From: Callorhinchus milii
Taxonomy: Eukaryota
DNA length: 64,000 nucleotides
NCBI RefSeq assembly: GCF_018977255.1
Contig: NW_024704743.1
Location: 56,794,001 to 56,858,000 of the forward strand
Reading direction: 5' to 3'
The notes under the pieces are model-generated. The model saw nothing but the letters and a program-made list of their open reading frames with translations, searched no databases and was not told where the DNA came from. Made by a program: the position numbers and the translations under genes. Below are positions 24,721-37,010 of this stretch, in pieces (position 1 is the first letter of the stretch; the number at the start of each line of letters is the position of its first letter).

Positions 24721-24840
24721 GTTGCGCGCGCACACTCCTGAAACTGAACTATGACGTCAGCGGGTTCCCCGCTCCGCCCCCACATACCCACAGCCCACAC
24801 CCCCTAGCTGAACTCCCTGCCACCTCGTGCTTTATATTAC
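24721..24840. promoter_or_regulatory. Candidate promoter-like motif cluster upstream of the L2 5' end
   Basis: TGCGCGCGCA 24723-24732, palindromic CRE TGACGTCA 24752-24759, GC box CTCCGCCCC 24772-24780, and TATA-like TTTATATTA 24831-24839. CpGs are retained. Confidence 0.35.
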
Positions 24841-24984
24841 CTGAGAAGGTAGGCCCAGGCTCCTCAAATGTGTTATAAAATGCCAGACATTTCTTACTGT
24901 TCAATAATTACCATCCCTGACCAAGAACCTTCCCCCTCCCCATTCCTAACTTACCTGTGTTGAGATCAGTATTTTTTGTGCCGT

Positions 24985-25125
24985 TTTATGTAACATTGTT
25001 CAGTAAACTGGCTGCTGCATTCTCCCACAAAATACACAGTCACTACACTTTACAGTATATTGTGTGAAGCACTTTGAAACGTCCTCCTGACATGACATGA
25101 CAATGCCAAATGTAAGCATTATGAT
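24985..25125 (+). mobile_element. SINE 3' portion
   Basis: TGGCTGCTGCATTCTCCCACAAAATACACAGTCACTACACTTTACAG...GAAGCACTTTGAAACGTCC. Confidence 0.8.
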
Positions 25126-25217
25126 TTTGTTTCACATCGCGATACTATCTTGGTTATAAAACTGATTTCACCGCTATACCTGCAAATAATGAGCTCTTAA
25201 TTTGAGCCCTGTAATGG

Positions 25218-25978
25218 TATAAGACGGAAGCCATACTCCTTGGCTCCTGTCAGTGCCTTCGCTCCTGTGGATCTAAACTCCTCAACCTCCCTGGGTTCTC
25301 CCTCAGACTCACCGAACCGGTGTGCAATCTAGGCATGCAGTTCAACTCCCAGCTGTCCTTCCTCCTCCACTTCCAGTCCCTGACCAGGACCACCTTTTTC
25401 CACCTCTGCCACTTTGCCTCCTCTGACCGTACCTTACTCCAAATGCAGTAAAACCCTTGTGCATGTGTTTATCACCTCCCGCTTGGATTACTCAAACGCA
25501 CTCCTCGCCGGTCTCTCCAGCTCCACTATTCAAAAGATTCAGCTCATTCAGAACTCTGCTGCCACTTACTGACCCGGACCAAACTCCGTACCCACATCTC
25601 ACCAGCTCTGGCCAGGCTCCACTGGCTCCGCATCACTGAACAGATTGACTTCAAGATCCTCACATTCGTGTTCAAATCCTTTCACTCCCTGGCACCTCCT
25701 TAACTCTCCAACCTCCTCACTCCCCAATCCACCACCTGGCACCTCCACTCGACTGGCACAAGGCCTCCCGCTCATCCATTGCACCCTCCGCCCCACCATC
25801 AGAGGTCGTGCTTTCAGCCACTACACCCCAAAACTCTGGAACACTCTCCCTCAATCCCTCTGCCTTGCCCCCTATCTCCACTTTTTCAAGTCCCGCCTGA
25901 AAACCTTCCTCTTCAACCATGCTTAAGGCCACCTCCCCCTCCAGGCTCAGAGTCAGACTATGTCACTGCTAAGTGCTG
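25218..25978 (+). mobile_element. L2 3' fragment (ORF2 C-terminus and 3' UTR)
   Basis: Encodes KTEAILLG, RLDYSN, LHW and GRAFSHYTPKLWNTLP..FKSRLKTFLF, with frameshifts. Confidence 0.92.
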
Positions 25979-26949
25979 GAAATATTGGAAAGAAAGTCCC
26001 TTCAAGACTGTTTAACACGGCTTGGTGTACAAGCAGTTATCTTTGGAATCAGTTGACTTCCTTGATCAGAAAACTGCAGGGCACCTGTGTGGGAAGAGAT
26101 AAAATGTCTAATTTACAAGGGTGTGAAAAATGTGATATGTGATGTGATAATTATCATTTTGTGGGTTATTCTGCAACTGTTGATATCTCAGTTGATTACT
26201 AATTTTGTTGTTGTTACTAGTTTCATTTATGTCTAACAGAAAATACCTCTGTCAATCTCAACAAAGCATGATCAGAAACAAAAATACTACTTGTATTTGA
26301 CATAGGCCCATTTTATATTGAAACGTCTCCACACAATGAATTACTTTGGAATGTTGTGACAACAAAATAATAACAATAATAATCATGACATTTGGTATTG
26401 TGACTTTCATGTCCTCATAGCGTCCCAAAGTGTTTCACAGGATATATTCTAAAGTACAGTGAACTCGATTTTGTGGGTGAACTACTGTTCTTCGCCTTGA
26501 AACGTCCTCCCGACGAAAAGGCGCTTTACAAATGTAATTTTATATTGTTAAGAAGGCAATTACCCCAATTCATTTATAATCCATTCCTTTAAATAACAAT
26601 TTGATATGTTTTTACTTCTTATCCTTAATCATATGAGACATAGTTGTGCCATTATTTCCCCACTGTTCTGATGTGGTCACGATGGTGAATCAGCAAAGCC
26701 GCATCAGTCCTATCACCACTGTAACTGTTCCAAAAAGCTAACACTGCCATGGGCTAGGCTGGGCTAAGCATGACTGTAAGTAAACTATGAGCATTATAGT
26801 TGCTACAATATGGATTATAAACAGCTCAATTTTTAATTCTGACTATTAATTGCTTTATCTTCTTTGATATAACAGTTCCAACCATGCATGAAGCCCATTA
26901 ATTTGCTCAACAGCTAGTATTTCAGATATAGAGGAAATATAAATATGGA

Positions 26950-27110
26950 TAATAATCATCCTTAGGCTTATATATACCACCTTTCACATCGGGAGGATGA
27001 CTCAAAGTGCTTCACAAGATTTACTGTGAAGCATAGTGACTGTATGTTTTGTGGTGAACATGGCAGCCAATTTCTGCACAACAATGTCCCACAAGCAGCC
27101 GTGAAGGATA
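26950..27110 (-). mobile_element. SINE 3' portion
   Basis: TTTCACATCGGGAGGATGACTCAAAGTGCTTCAC...GGCAGCCAATTT...CAATGTCCCACAAGCAGCC. Confidence 0.8.
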
Positions 27111-27284
27111 ATCATTTATAAGGAGTAAGCAACCTTGAATCCCAAGTAATGTCAACTGAGCAATGTGAATCACTTTCTGTTTCCATTTCAGCTTGACCCA
27201 GCGAGGAATGGTCATGGTGAGTAGAGCAGTCCTGGACAACGACAGAGAAATTTACTAGTCCTTTGTATTTGTAAACTTACTAGT

Positions 27285-29290
27285 CCCACAACTACGCACT
27301 CCTTTTCACAGGCCAAAGCTGACTTTTAATCCAGTTATCTGGATGCCAAAAACAACCCAAGGACACTGTTTTCCACCGTCCATTACCTCCTCTGTGCACC
27401 CCCTCAAGCTCCCTCTATCTTCACATCAAAAGTCAAGTGCGAAGAGGTCCTAGACTTCTTCACCTCAAAGATTAAAACCACCCACTTGGCTGCATCGTCC
27501 TCCTCCCACCACCAATGTCCCTTCCACCCCACCTAGACTATCCAAATCGCCCTCTCCATCTACCAGAACTCCTGCCACTCCCCCTCCTTACACTCTTTTG
27601 CCCCATTTCTCCCTCTTCCCTCTCAACCACAATCACCCGCATGAAGTTCACTAACTGCAGCTTCAACTGCTTCCCCACCTATCTGCTGGTCACACATGGT
27701 CAACCAGTCTCTCTCCTCAGGCTCTATTCCACACCCCCTGAACACAACAACAACAACAACACAATTATATTTATAGAGCGCCTTTCACGTCAGGAGACGT
27801 CCTAAGCGCTGAACAGTCAGATGCCGAATGAATGAAAACCACTGTTATCACGACCCTCCTCACAAAACCCACCCTCAAGCCCTCTAACCTCTAATACTAC
27901 CATCCCATTTCCAATCAGTGTTTCCTTGCCAAAGTACTGGAACACAATGTTGCAGGTCAACTTCGGTCACACCTCTCCTCCACTAGCCCCTGCAGTCTGG
28001 TTTACACCCTGCACACAGCACAGAGACAGCACTTGTCAAAGTCACAAACGACATCTTCTCTATCTGTGACTGGGGCTCCCTCCCTCTGCCTCCTCATCCT
28101 CCTCGATCTCTCTGCTGCATTTGATACAGTCGACATGCCATTTTCCTCCACTGCCTCTCCTCCCTCATCCACCATAGTGGGACTGCATTTGCATGGCTCC
28201 AGTCCTACTTAACCAACCACCTTCACTTCATCTCGGCAAATGTTTTCTTCTCCTGCCCCTGCCTGGTCAGCTGCAGGGTACCCCAGGGCTCCATCCTTTG
28301 CCCTCTTTTCCTCATCGATATGTTCCCTCTTGGCGATATTATCTGCAGACACAGGGTAAACTTTTACATGTATACGAATCTACTTTGCCTCCTCCAGTAT
28401 CGATTCCAGATCTGCCGATGTTCCATCAGCTTGTCTGGGAGACATCAGGGCTTGGATGAGTGCAAACTTGCAACAGCTGAATGTGGACAAGACGGAAGCC
28501 ATACTCCTTGGCTTCCATCATTATCTTCACTCCTGCGAATCTAAACTTGTCAACCTCCCTAGGCTCTTCCTCAGACTCACCGAATCAGTGCACTATCTAG
28601 GCGTCCAGTTTGACCCTCACCTGTCCGTCCTTCCCCACATCTGGTCCCTGACCAAGACCACCTTCCTCCACTACTACCACATTGCCTGCCGCAATCAAAC
28701 CTTACCCCAAATGCAACGGACCCCCTCGTGCGTGAGATTGTCACCAACTGCTTAGATTACTCAAACACACTCCTCCCCGGTCTCCCCAGCTCCACTATTC
28801 AAAAAATCCAGCTCATTCAGAATTCTGGCCCCCACGTACTGACCCGGACCAAACTCCGTACCCACATTTCACCAGTTCTTGCCAGGCTCCACTGGCTCCC
28901 CATCAACAAACGGATCGATTTAAAGATTGTCACATTCGTGTTCAAATCCTTTCACTCCCTGGCACCTCCCTAACTCTTCGACCTCCTCACTCCCTAACCC
29001 ACCACTCGGCGCCTCCACTCAACTGGCACCGGCCTCCTGCTTGTCCCTTGCGGCCTCCGCTGCACCATCGGCGGTCGAATATTCAGCCACTACACCCTAA
29101 AATTCTGCAACACTCTCCTTCAATCCCTCCGCCTTGCCCCCTCTCTCCCCTTTTACTAGTTGTGCCTGAAAACCTTCCTTTTTGACCATGCTTATGGTCA
29201 CCGGCTCTGAGTCAGATTCCGCCACTGTTAAGCGCTCTGAGACGCTACCCTGCATGGAAGGCGCTATATAAGTGCAAATTGTTGTATTGG
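27285..29290 (+). mobile_element. L2 LINE, ~2 kb, 5'-truncated and degraded RT region through 3' tail; a short minus-strand L2 tail is nested at ~27742-27833
   Basis: HSTETALVKVTNDI, LLDLSAAFDTVD, PQGSIL, LNVDKTEAILLG, LDYSN and LARLHWLP appear in broken frames, followed by a GGAAGGCGCTATATAAGTGCAAATTGTTG tail. Confidence 0.95.
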
Positions 29291-31243
29291 TAATTGTGTG
29301 GTTACCATTTATCATATATCAGTGCATTAGATTCTTTAAAAGAATTACATTCAGGAATAGTTCTTACTATTGTAACTGATATTTGTTTCCTGTCTCCTCT
29401 CTGATCACAGTACATAGGTTGAAACTAATTGTGAATTTGAATAATGTGATGAATTGATGGTTGGGAGCAGCAGGAATTTTTTTTTCCCTTTTGCATTATT
29501 AAATATGTTTCAAAGGTCAAATCAGGTCTGAACTCAGTTTACTCTGAAATGCTGTGTATTAACTTACCCAATATATGTGTAAACAAGACCCGTCTCAAAT
29601 GTCAATTCAAATGTGAGGTAGAATATCTTGGAAATGCACAATGACTATGAATATACCATAGTTGGGTTATGAAGTCAGCAGAGGTTTTTAGTTGCACACG
29701 TGCCTGCTAGGTTACCAGGTACAATCTGATTCTGATAAATGAACCATTAGACAGACACACAACAAAACAGAGACAGTTAGAGAGAAAGACACTCACAATC
29801 ATACAAACAGACAAAAACACAGGAACTTAAAACACACAATTTTTTCATATCCAGAATGCAGTGATCTCTATTAATGCAGATATTGAGCTCTCTACTGTAT
29901 GCCATGGTGACCTGTGGAGTTAAAGACCTTTTGATCTGGACTGGATCCTAAATCCCACTTTTCTCCTTGCGTTATCCCCACCTCAACATTTCATGCCACC
30001 CTAATTCATGTCATCTGATGTTTCACTAACTTGCTTGCTATGTATATGAGAGGGGGAAAGAAAAGCTTAAAATTTCAGTGTAGATGGCCACTCAGACTGT
30101 GGAGTACTGAGTTCTGCTCGATGTGCCTGAGTGCATTCGCTGTAATAGGACTGGGTTATGTCATTGGATCTCTTGGTCCTGGTTTGCTCATTTCCCTCAA
30201 TCTTCAGTGTGTGACACTGATGTAACAGTGCAAGCTAGAAAATAGATGATATGTGGTCTTTAAACGTTTGAGATGTGTGTGTCAATATAGCAAACCTTGG
30301 TCCATTTAACGTGTCAACAGTTAAATGGACTCACTGTGAGTTCTATTATCCTTTTATTAATGGAAATGAGAGTGCTTTAAAGTTAATTTAATCTGAGCCT
30401 TTAATCTCTTTTTTGATTTCTGCTGATTAGTTTTATAAGTGGTTGATTATCTTTAAGCATAACTGATCAGAGAAATGTCCCTACCTCTGGTAAATATTTA
30501 ACAGGAATCAGTTATGTGCACACAGAGCCCCAAGACACCTGCTCCACAGCTCGGTCTCTGTGGATCTTATGACAGCATGGGTATAGTACAGGAAGTAATC
30601 TCCTTTTAATTGTCCTGTTTTGTGGCAGCCCAACCAGCAAGAGCATAAATAATTCATTTCAGATTGAAAGATGTCTGAGGTGGAAGGCGTGACATGAGCC
30701 CCGCAGGAAGTGAATCATCCCGAATCTCATCCATATGGCTAAATTTCCCTTTTATTATGTAAACCAAAAATCAAAGATTGAGAATTGCAGCAGGGTTCCT
30801 TTAAAGGGAGATGAAAGGAAGGCAAATGCTGTGAAAGGTTGCCTTAGGGCAGAACACCTATTAATATAATACCATTATCTTATGGGCGAAAATGATTTAC
30901 TTTCAAGCTTCACTTGGGATTCTAAAATGAATGTTTATGTATTTGCCTAGTTTCTTTTTTATCTACAAAATCCATTGTTGTGAAGAAGTAATTTGAGGTC
31001 ATTATTGAGACCGACGCTCTGAAAGTCTATTTAACTGGCTGTGGTTTGGTCAAAAAAATAAATGCTCATCAATTCACAGACCTACTGGGTAAAGTTTGTG
31101 GTATTTCACAATGTGTTCTTTGCATCAAGAACACATTACAAAATGTTACAAACCTTTACTCTCATTATTTCTGGCATTTATGTTTGCAGCAGCACAACAT
31201 AATTCTGAGAGGACGCGAGCGAAGAATGCTTTACATCAAAGGA

Positions 31244-31562
31244 AATAATAATAATAATCCTTGCATTTGATATAGCGCTTTTCACGTCGGGAGGACGTTC
31301 CAAAGTGCTTCACAGAACACACTGTAAAGTGAATTGACTGTATATTTGTGGGCAAACGCGGCAGCCAATTGCGCACAGCAATGTCCCACAAACAGTCGTA
31401 GATTGAAAATGACCAATTTATTATTGTTTTTGGTTTTGGAGGGATTATTATTAGGCTCTGTGTGGAGTAAGGAAACTTGCCCAAGGTTTCGCCCTGACTG
31501 GAATTGAACTCAGGTCTCTCGCTTGCAAAGCGAGTGCTCTAACCACTGAGCTACAGGACTCC
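31244..31562 (-). mobile_element. tRNA-Ala-like SINE, full length, young
   Basis: Head GGAGTCCTGTAGCTCAGTGGTTAGAGCACTCGCTTTGCAAGCGAG...GAGTTCAATTCC has Pol III A and B boxes and a TGC anticodon-like loop. It ends in an L2-type stem-loop and (TTA)n. Confidence 0.93.
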
Positions 31563-31839
31563 ATAATGAACCCAATACGTTTCTTGCTGTGGAAATTAAA
31601 CCAAATGAGGAAAACAAATTGCCTTGAAAGCACTAATGTCAAGAACCCTTGGTTTGTTAGTATTAAGAAGTTGTGTTTTTTCGGTAAATGATGGTGTAGT
31701 ATCATTGCACAATCCTTAGATGTAATTCTGAAGCTATATAATGCTCTGGTCATGTTGTACCCAGACAGCATTTCTTGTCACCTAAATTTTAAATGGAATT
31801 GAAAAAGCAAAACCCTGAACAATACCTTTTGGATGCACC

Positions 31840-32050
31840 AAGACAGTAGAACAGAAGGATATGAGTTTAGAGTTGCAAAGGGCAATTTCAGACCAGACTC
31901 CAGGAAGTTTTCCTTTAGTCACTGTGTAATTAATGGCTTGAACAGGTTGCCAGAAAGGGTGGTTGAGGCCAATACACTGAATCCATTTAATAAAGAGCTT
32001 AGTGCTGTGATGGGAGGATAGTGTTATAGAAGAATATTAGATGGACTTTC
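31840..32050 (+). mobile_element. CR1 3' fragment
   Basis: ORF 31833..32021 reads RTEGYEFRVAKGNFRPDSRKFSFSHCVINGLNRLPERVVEANTLNPFNKEL, a CR1 C-terminal motif. Confidence 0.85.
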
Positions 32051-32429
32051 TCACTAAATTAAACTGCACACCCTCAGCACTATGGAGATTGTCCCACATA
32101 CCGTTCACATAACCATTCACTCTCTTCAGGTTGGTAAGATCCTGGGCACAATGGTATCCCATTTGAATTCTATACAAAATAAATTGCCTGGATTGATTCC
32201 AACAATTCTGACAATAAGGTCAAAATGTGATTCCACTTACAGGATTTGAGTTGCTAATTGCAACTTTTGTTTACACATATTTACAAGATTTCCAGCGAGA
32301 TTCACAAATACAAATAAAAAGAATGCTGAATGGCCTCTTTATTATGTGTCATACATTTTTAAGGTTCTACCTACCAGTAGACCTTACTAGTTAACCATGA
32401 ACATTAAAAATCTAAATTGTTTTTTCTAC

Positions 32430-32598
32430 TGCATAATCCAGGTCATGGAAACTAACTGCTGTGTCTCAATGGCTGTCCTGCGTAAGATCAGTAAACGCAG
32501 CAGAGACCAGGATTCAAACCTGTGACCCTTAAGGTAATATATGGCTTAGTTTCTCACTGGGTATTGGCTTTACCAACCAAGCATCTCAGGAAAGCCCA
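32430..32598 (-). mobile_element. AmnSINE2-like SINE head, very degraded
   Basis: AGATCAGTAAACGCAGCAGAGACCAGGATTCAAACCTGTGACC resembles 45270-45310 and the AmnSINE2 5' region as I recall it. Confidence 0.5.
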
Positions 32599-35500
32599 TT
32601 GTAAACTTCTCTATATTGGCTATTGCTGGGAACTGAAGATAGTTAATGACTGACCTACGACTTGATAAAATAATTCGGAAATGTCACTGCTTACATGAAT
32701 GGCTTTCGATGAAATGCTAGAGTAAATCCATCAGCTTATACAAGGTTTTTCTGATTCATGATGAAAGAAACCTGCCTCTGTGGACAAGAAATGAGACAGT
32801 GACAGGAGAGTTCGAGAAGTAACGTCTTTGACAGTTCTGCTTTGGTGACTGATGGACTGATCATCCATTAGACGCAACAGCCAGTCACTTTCTAAAGCAG
32901 ATACAACTGCCTGATGCCTTGTTTGTGTTCTAAATTCATGTTAGTTTCTGTGCCACAGTTTTGCTTCTATTGAACAACCCACTGGATTTTTAAAATGATC
33001 TGTGCAGGTCTTTCTTTCAGTTTAGTATTGTGGACACAGCTTAAAAACACTTGAACACTGGGAATTTGAAGTCATAAGTTTTGGGGTAAATAATAATAAC
33101 TCGTATGCTGCTCAACAATCCCATGATTTAAAAAAAATCCTTATTAATTTCATGGCTGTGTGCAACATTACTGTGCGCAAATTTGTTTGCCTATACAGTG
33201 CTTTGACATGTTTTGACATGATAATGTGCTATATCAAATGCAAAGATTAAAAGCATTATCTTTCACGTACATCCTGAATTGGTGGACAGGTTTATATCTC
33301 TACCATGTTATTGATTTCCCATCCCTACCCGAGATCTGAAAAATTCTCATGATCTCAGGCTAAGGCTATGAGAATTTTGTGGTCTCAGTTTTTCCATCGT
33401 TATCTGCTCCTCGTAATTTTCCCTTGCTCTGGTTCTTGTGTTTTTCCATTATCTCTTTTGCCCTGCTCACTCTTGTTCCTGTCACTCTCTCATTATATTT
33501 CAGGTCTTGACTTTGCCATAGTGCATTTTCACAGCAGTCGGATGAAGAATGTGACATAAGATGTGATAATTCCTACTGCTGATTAAAACAAAGACGTTTG
33601 AAACCCACACTCTCCTGGGCCCTGAATAACAATTCTTTTAATAGATGGTCCACAGATTTCACACACAAATTCATCCGTTAACTCAGACAAGTTTGTGAAG
33701 ATTTCTGACGTAGACAGATCCTAAATTCTCATGCACAGCTGTTCTTTATTCTACAACCAAACAGCCCGAAGTTCTACGCTCTAGATATGTGCATGACAAA
33801 TTGCCCTCTCATCCGTTCACTCTTTGTCTGTGCTGTTTTAAGCTGATGGTTCCAGCAGCAGCAATAAATTGATGAAAGTTAGTATACCTCGTCCTTTTTT
33901 TAAAATAAATAGAATAAGAGTTTTCTGATGTTATTTAGGATTCAAATGGTTTGAATATCAGACATTCAAATCCATATCCGAATCATTGAATGTTTCCGTC
34001 ACTTGTATCAATGTTTTCCCTGCCCGATACTCTGACATCCACTCACTCTATTTTCACTTCTGCAGCTTCCCCTTCCCGTAGGGCACTACTTTACTGCCAC
34101 ATCCCACAGCCACAGTCAATATTTGTGTACTATATCACTTTTGGCAACAAAACACGCTGCTGTCTATTTTTAATGAATGTTCGGAGGATGAGCTGACAGA
34201 AAGCAGATGTTTGAAAAAGAATACCACATCCCTCCGGCACTTTGCTGCATGCCAGGGATAATTAGAAGCCAGTCACTTTCCAGTTCCTGTCACAATTCCC
34301 AGGATCACTCATTAATAAAACCATTTTATTTGTATTTTTTGACATAAAATGACTGAAAGAGATGAGACGCGCACAAAACCCCCACACAAACTCCAGTTTC
34401 CAGTAACTTCTGAATCGCGGTGAATGATGCTGGTTATTAATAGTTTCTTTAAACGCCATTGAATTTTGTTACAATTGAGGATTGGTTAAGACAATCCTTT
34501 CAATTCATATCAATGCAAGAAGACAATGTCATTGCTCTTTAAAGAGTCAGAACAGACAAGGTGGGCCAAATGGCCTTTTACTGGGTTATAAATTTGTTTG
34601 GTTCTATGGTTCCGTTTATGATCATGTAAGATCTATAAGATGCATTTAGGATTGCATGCTTCCTACACATGAGGCAACATTCGTGACATTCCTTAGCGCA
34701 CTCCTTGTGTTTAATAGCGCAAGGAACACATTAAGAAATGCCAGTAATTTGATCTTTATTTTACTCATTCTCTATAATCAGTGCTCTTCCTGTACTCTGA
34801 GCTCACTCCGCCCTTCAATCTGGTGACATCTTGGTTAAAAATAGCTGCAGGAAATTGATATTATATTGGCGGTTTCCTGGTGTAAATGTGTGATGCTGAA
34901 TTTAAGTCCAAAAATAGATTTGGATTTTCCACAGACTCCAGCATTGTGCTGAGACTGTGGAGGGAGGGTGGGAGGAAAGGGATTTCCCGAGGCACAATGA
35001 TAGAATATTGCCTTTGGTGTCCATATTTGGATTTAGATTTGACATCTTAACACCCTACTTCAAGAAACTAGTATATAAAGTTACTTTTCTGTAGTTTGTT
35101 TTAACCATGATGCAGTATATGTTGGAACAGTGGCTTCAGGGAGCAGCTATCTATAAAGTAAATGAAGGAAAAAGTTAGCAGCATTCCTTAACATGTTCCT
35201 TGAGCTACTTAACATAAGGAATGGGTTGAGTGTCACAGTGTTTCTCATAAGAGCTTGAATCTTATTTGAGATAACATTTGTGTCACAAAAAATATTCTAA
35301 ATAATATAGCCTGCAGAGGATGAGCACTGATCATTCTGGTGTGTATGTGATTGTGTGCTTTCTAAAGTCTAATGTGCCACTTAACACATCAATTGCAATT
35401 TGCAATCCGTATCAGATGTTCTGCTGCATTGACATGGAATGTCATGGAGTGATGAATCTGCTGTCTCATTTCCCACGACTGGGGGCAACACAGTGATACA

Positions 35501-35611
35501 GGTCAGATTATGTACAAACTGATGGGTTGTCCTTGAAAATTAGACTTCACTGTTCAATATGAGATAAAATGTAAGCACTGAACAGCATGATAGTATGTGT
35601 TTCTACAAAAC

Positions 35612-35782
35612 AAATCGTATAAAGTTGCAGCACAGAAACAGCCTATTCGGCTGTGTAAGTCTGTGCTGGTAGTTTTCTCCACATGATCCACCTCATCTCA
35701 TCCCACTCTCCTGTTCGCTTCCTATTCCCTTTTAATATTCCTCTTTTCAAGCATCTATCCAATTACCATTTGAATAGACAGT
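35612..35782 (-). mobile_element. CR1 3' end
   Basis: CAGCACAGAAACAGCCTATTCGGC...TCCCACTCTCCTG...TTCAAGCATCTATCCAATT is a reverse-complement CR1 3' end. Confidence 0.75.
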
Positions 35783-35785
35783 TTC

Positions 35786-35975
35786 AACAACAACAACAAC
35801 AAGATTCCATTTATAAAGCGCCTTTCACGTCAGGAGGACGTCCCAAGGCGCTGCACAGTTGGGTCATGACCCGAGCAGGGGGGAAATGGTCAGGGTGAGG
35901 GGAGGGAGGGAGCGAGAAGGGGGAAGAGAGTCGTGAGGGGAGCTGAAGGCTCGGTCAAAGAGAAAGGTTTTGAGA
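35786..35975 (-). mobile_element. L2 3' end, young, with (TTG)n tail
   Basis: (CAA)n followed by a perfect terminal stem-loop AGCGCCTT..ACGTC..GACGT..AAGGCGCT at 35817-35852. Confidence 0.9.
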
Positions 35976-36071
35976 CCAACAATACTACTCAATAATTATG
36001 AAATCCATTGTTACACCGAAAATCATTCACTGGAGTATTATCATTGGGAGTTATGTTGCTTCTTTTTCATC

Positions 36072-37010
36072 CAACAACAACAACAACAAAATTACATTAA
36101 TATAGCGTTTTTCACATCCCAAGGCTCTGGACAGTCAGTGTTTCGGACCCGAGCTGGGAGTTGGGATTGGAGAGGGTGGAGGGCAGGGGGGAAGGAGGAT
36201 GATCGAAAGCACGATCGAAGAGGAGGGTCTTGAGATGGGTCTTGAGGGAGGCAAAGGAGTGGAGAGAGGTAGAGTGACTGCAGGATGGAGTTCTGGAGAG
36301 TAGGGTCAGAGTGGCAGAAGGCACACCCACCATTGGTGGGGAGGGTGAGGTGTGTGACATGAAGCAGAGGTAGCAGGCAGGATGTAGGGGGCTAGGAGGT
36401 TGTAGAGGTAGGGGGGTGCAAGGCTATGGAGGGCTTTGAGCTTGAGGACCAGGGTCTTGAACTGTAACCTCTGTGTGATGGGAAGCCAGTGGAGTTGGGT
36501 GAGAATGGGGATGATGGGGTCACACAGCCTGGTGCGGGAGAGGACACGGGCTGCAGAATTCTGGATGATCTGTAGCCTATGGAGGGAGGAGTTGAGGAGT
36601 CCGACAAGCAGGGAATTTGCATAGTCAAGCCTGCATGTTATAAATGCGTGTATGAGAGTTTCGGCAGCTTGCAGTGTGATACAGTGGCGGAGCTGGGCAA
36701 TGTTGTGGAGGTGGGGGAAGGCAAAGCGGGTCATGGCGCGGATGTGGGGTAGAAAGGATAGTTGAGGGTCAAACAAGACCCCAAGGTTCTGGACCGGCTT
36801 AGCAAGGTACAGTGTGCAACCATGGATGGTGATGCTGTCAGCGCCTGAGGTGAGGAGACGCTGTCGGGAGCCAATCAGGAGAGCCTCGGTCTTGTTGACG
36901 TTCAACTGAAGGAAGTTAGCTCTCATCCAGGACTTGATGTCTGACAGACATTCTGTCAGGACAGCAGTGGTGGAGGCAGAGAGGAACAGTTGGGTGTCAA
37001 CTAAGCACAT
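36072..37010 (-). mobile_element. L2 3' fragment (RT C-terminal half)
   Basis: 234 aa ORF: DTQL, DIKSWMRANFLQLNVNKTEALLIG, NLGVLFD, RLDYANSLL, IQNSAARVL, LHWLP. (TTG)n tail. Confidence 0.95.

Noticed and set aside
31490..31562. tRNA-Ala gene
   Set aside because: The tRNA-like head lacks a proper acceptor stem and continues into a SINE body and L2-type tail. The same applies to other SINE heads.
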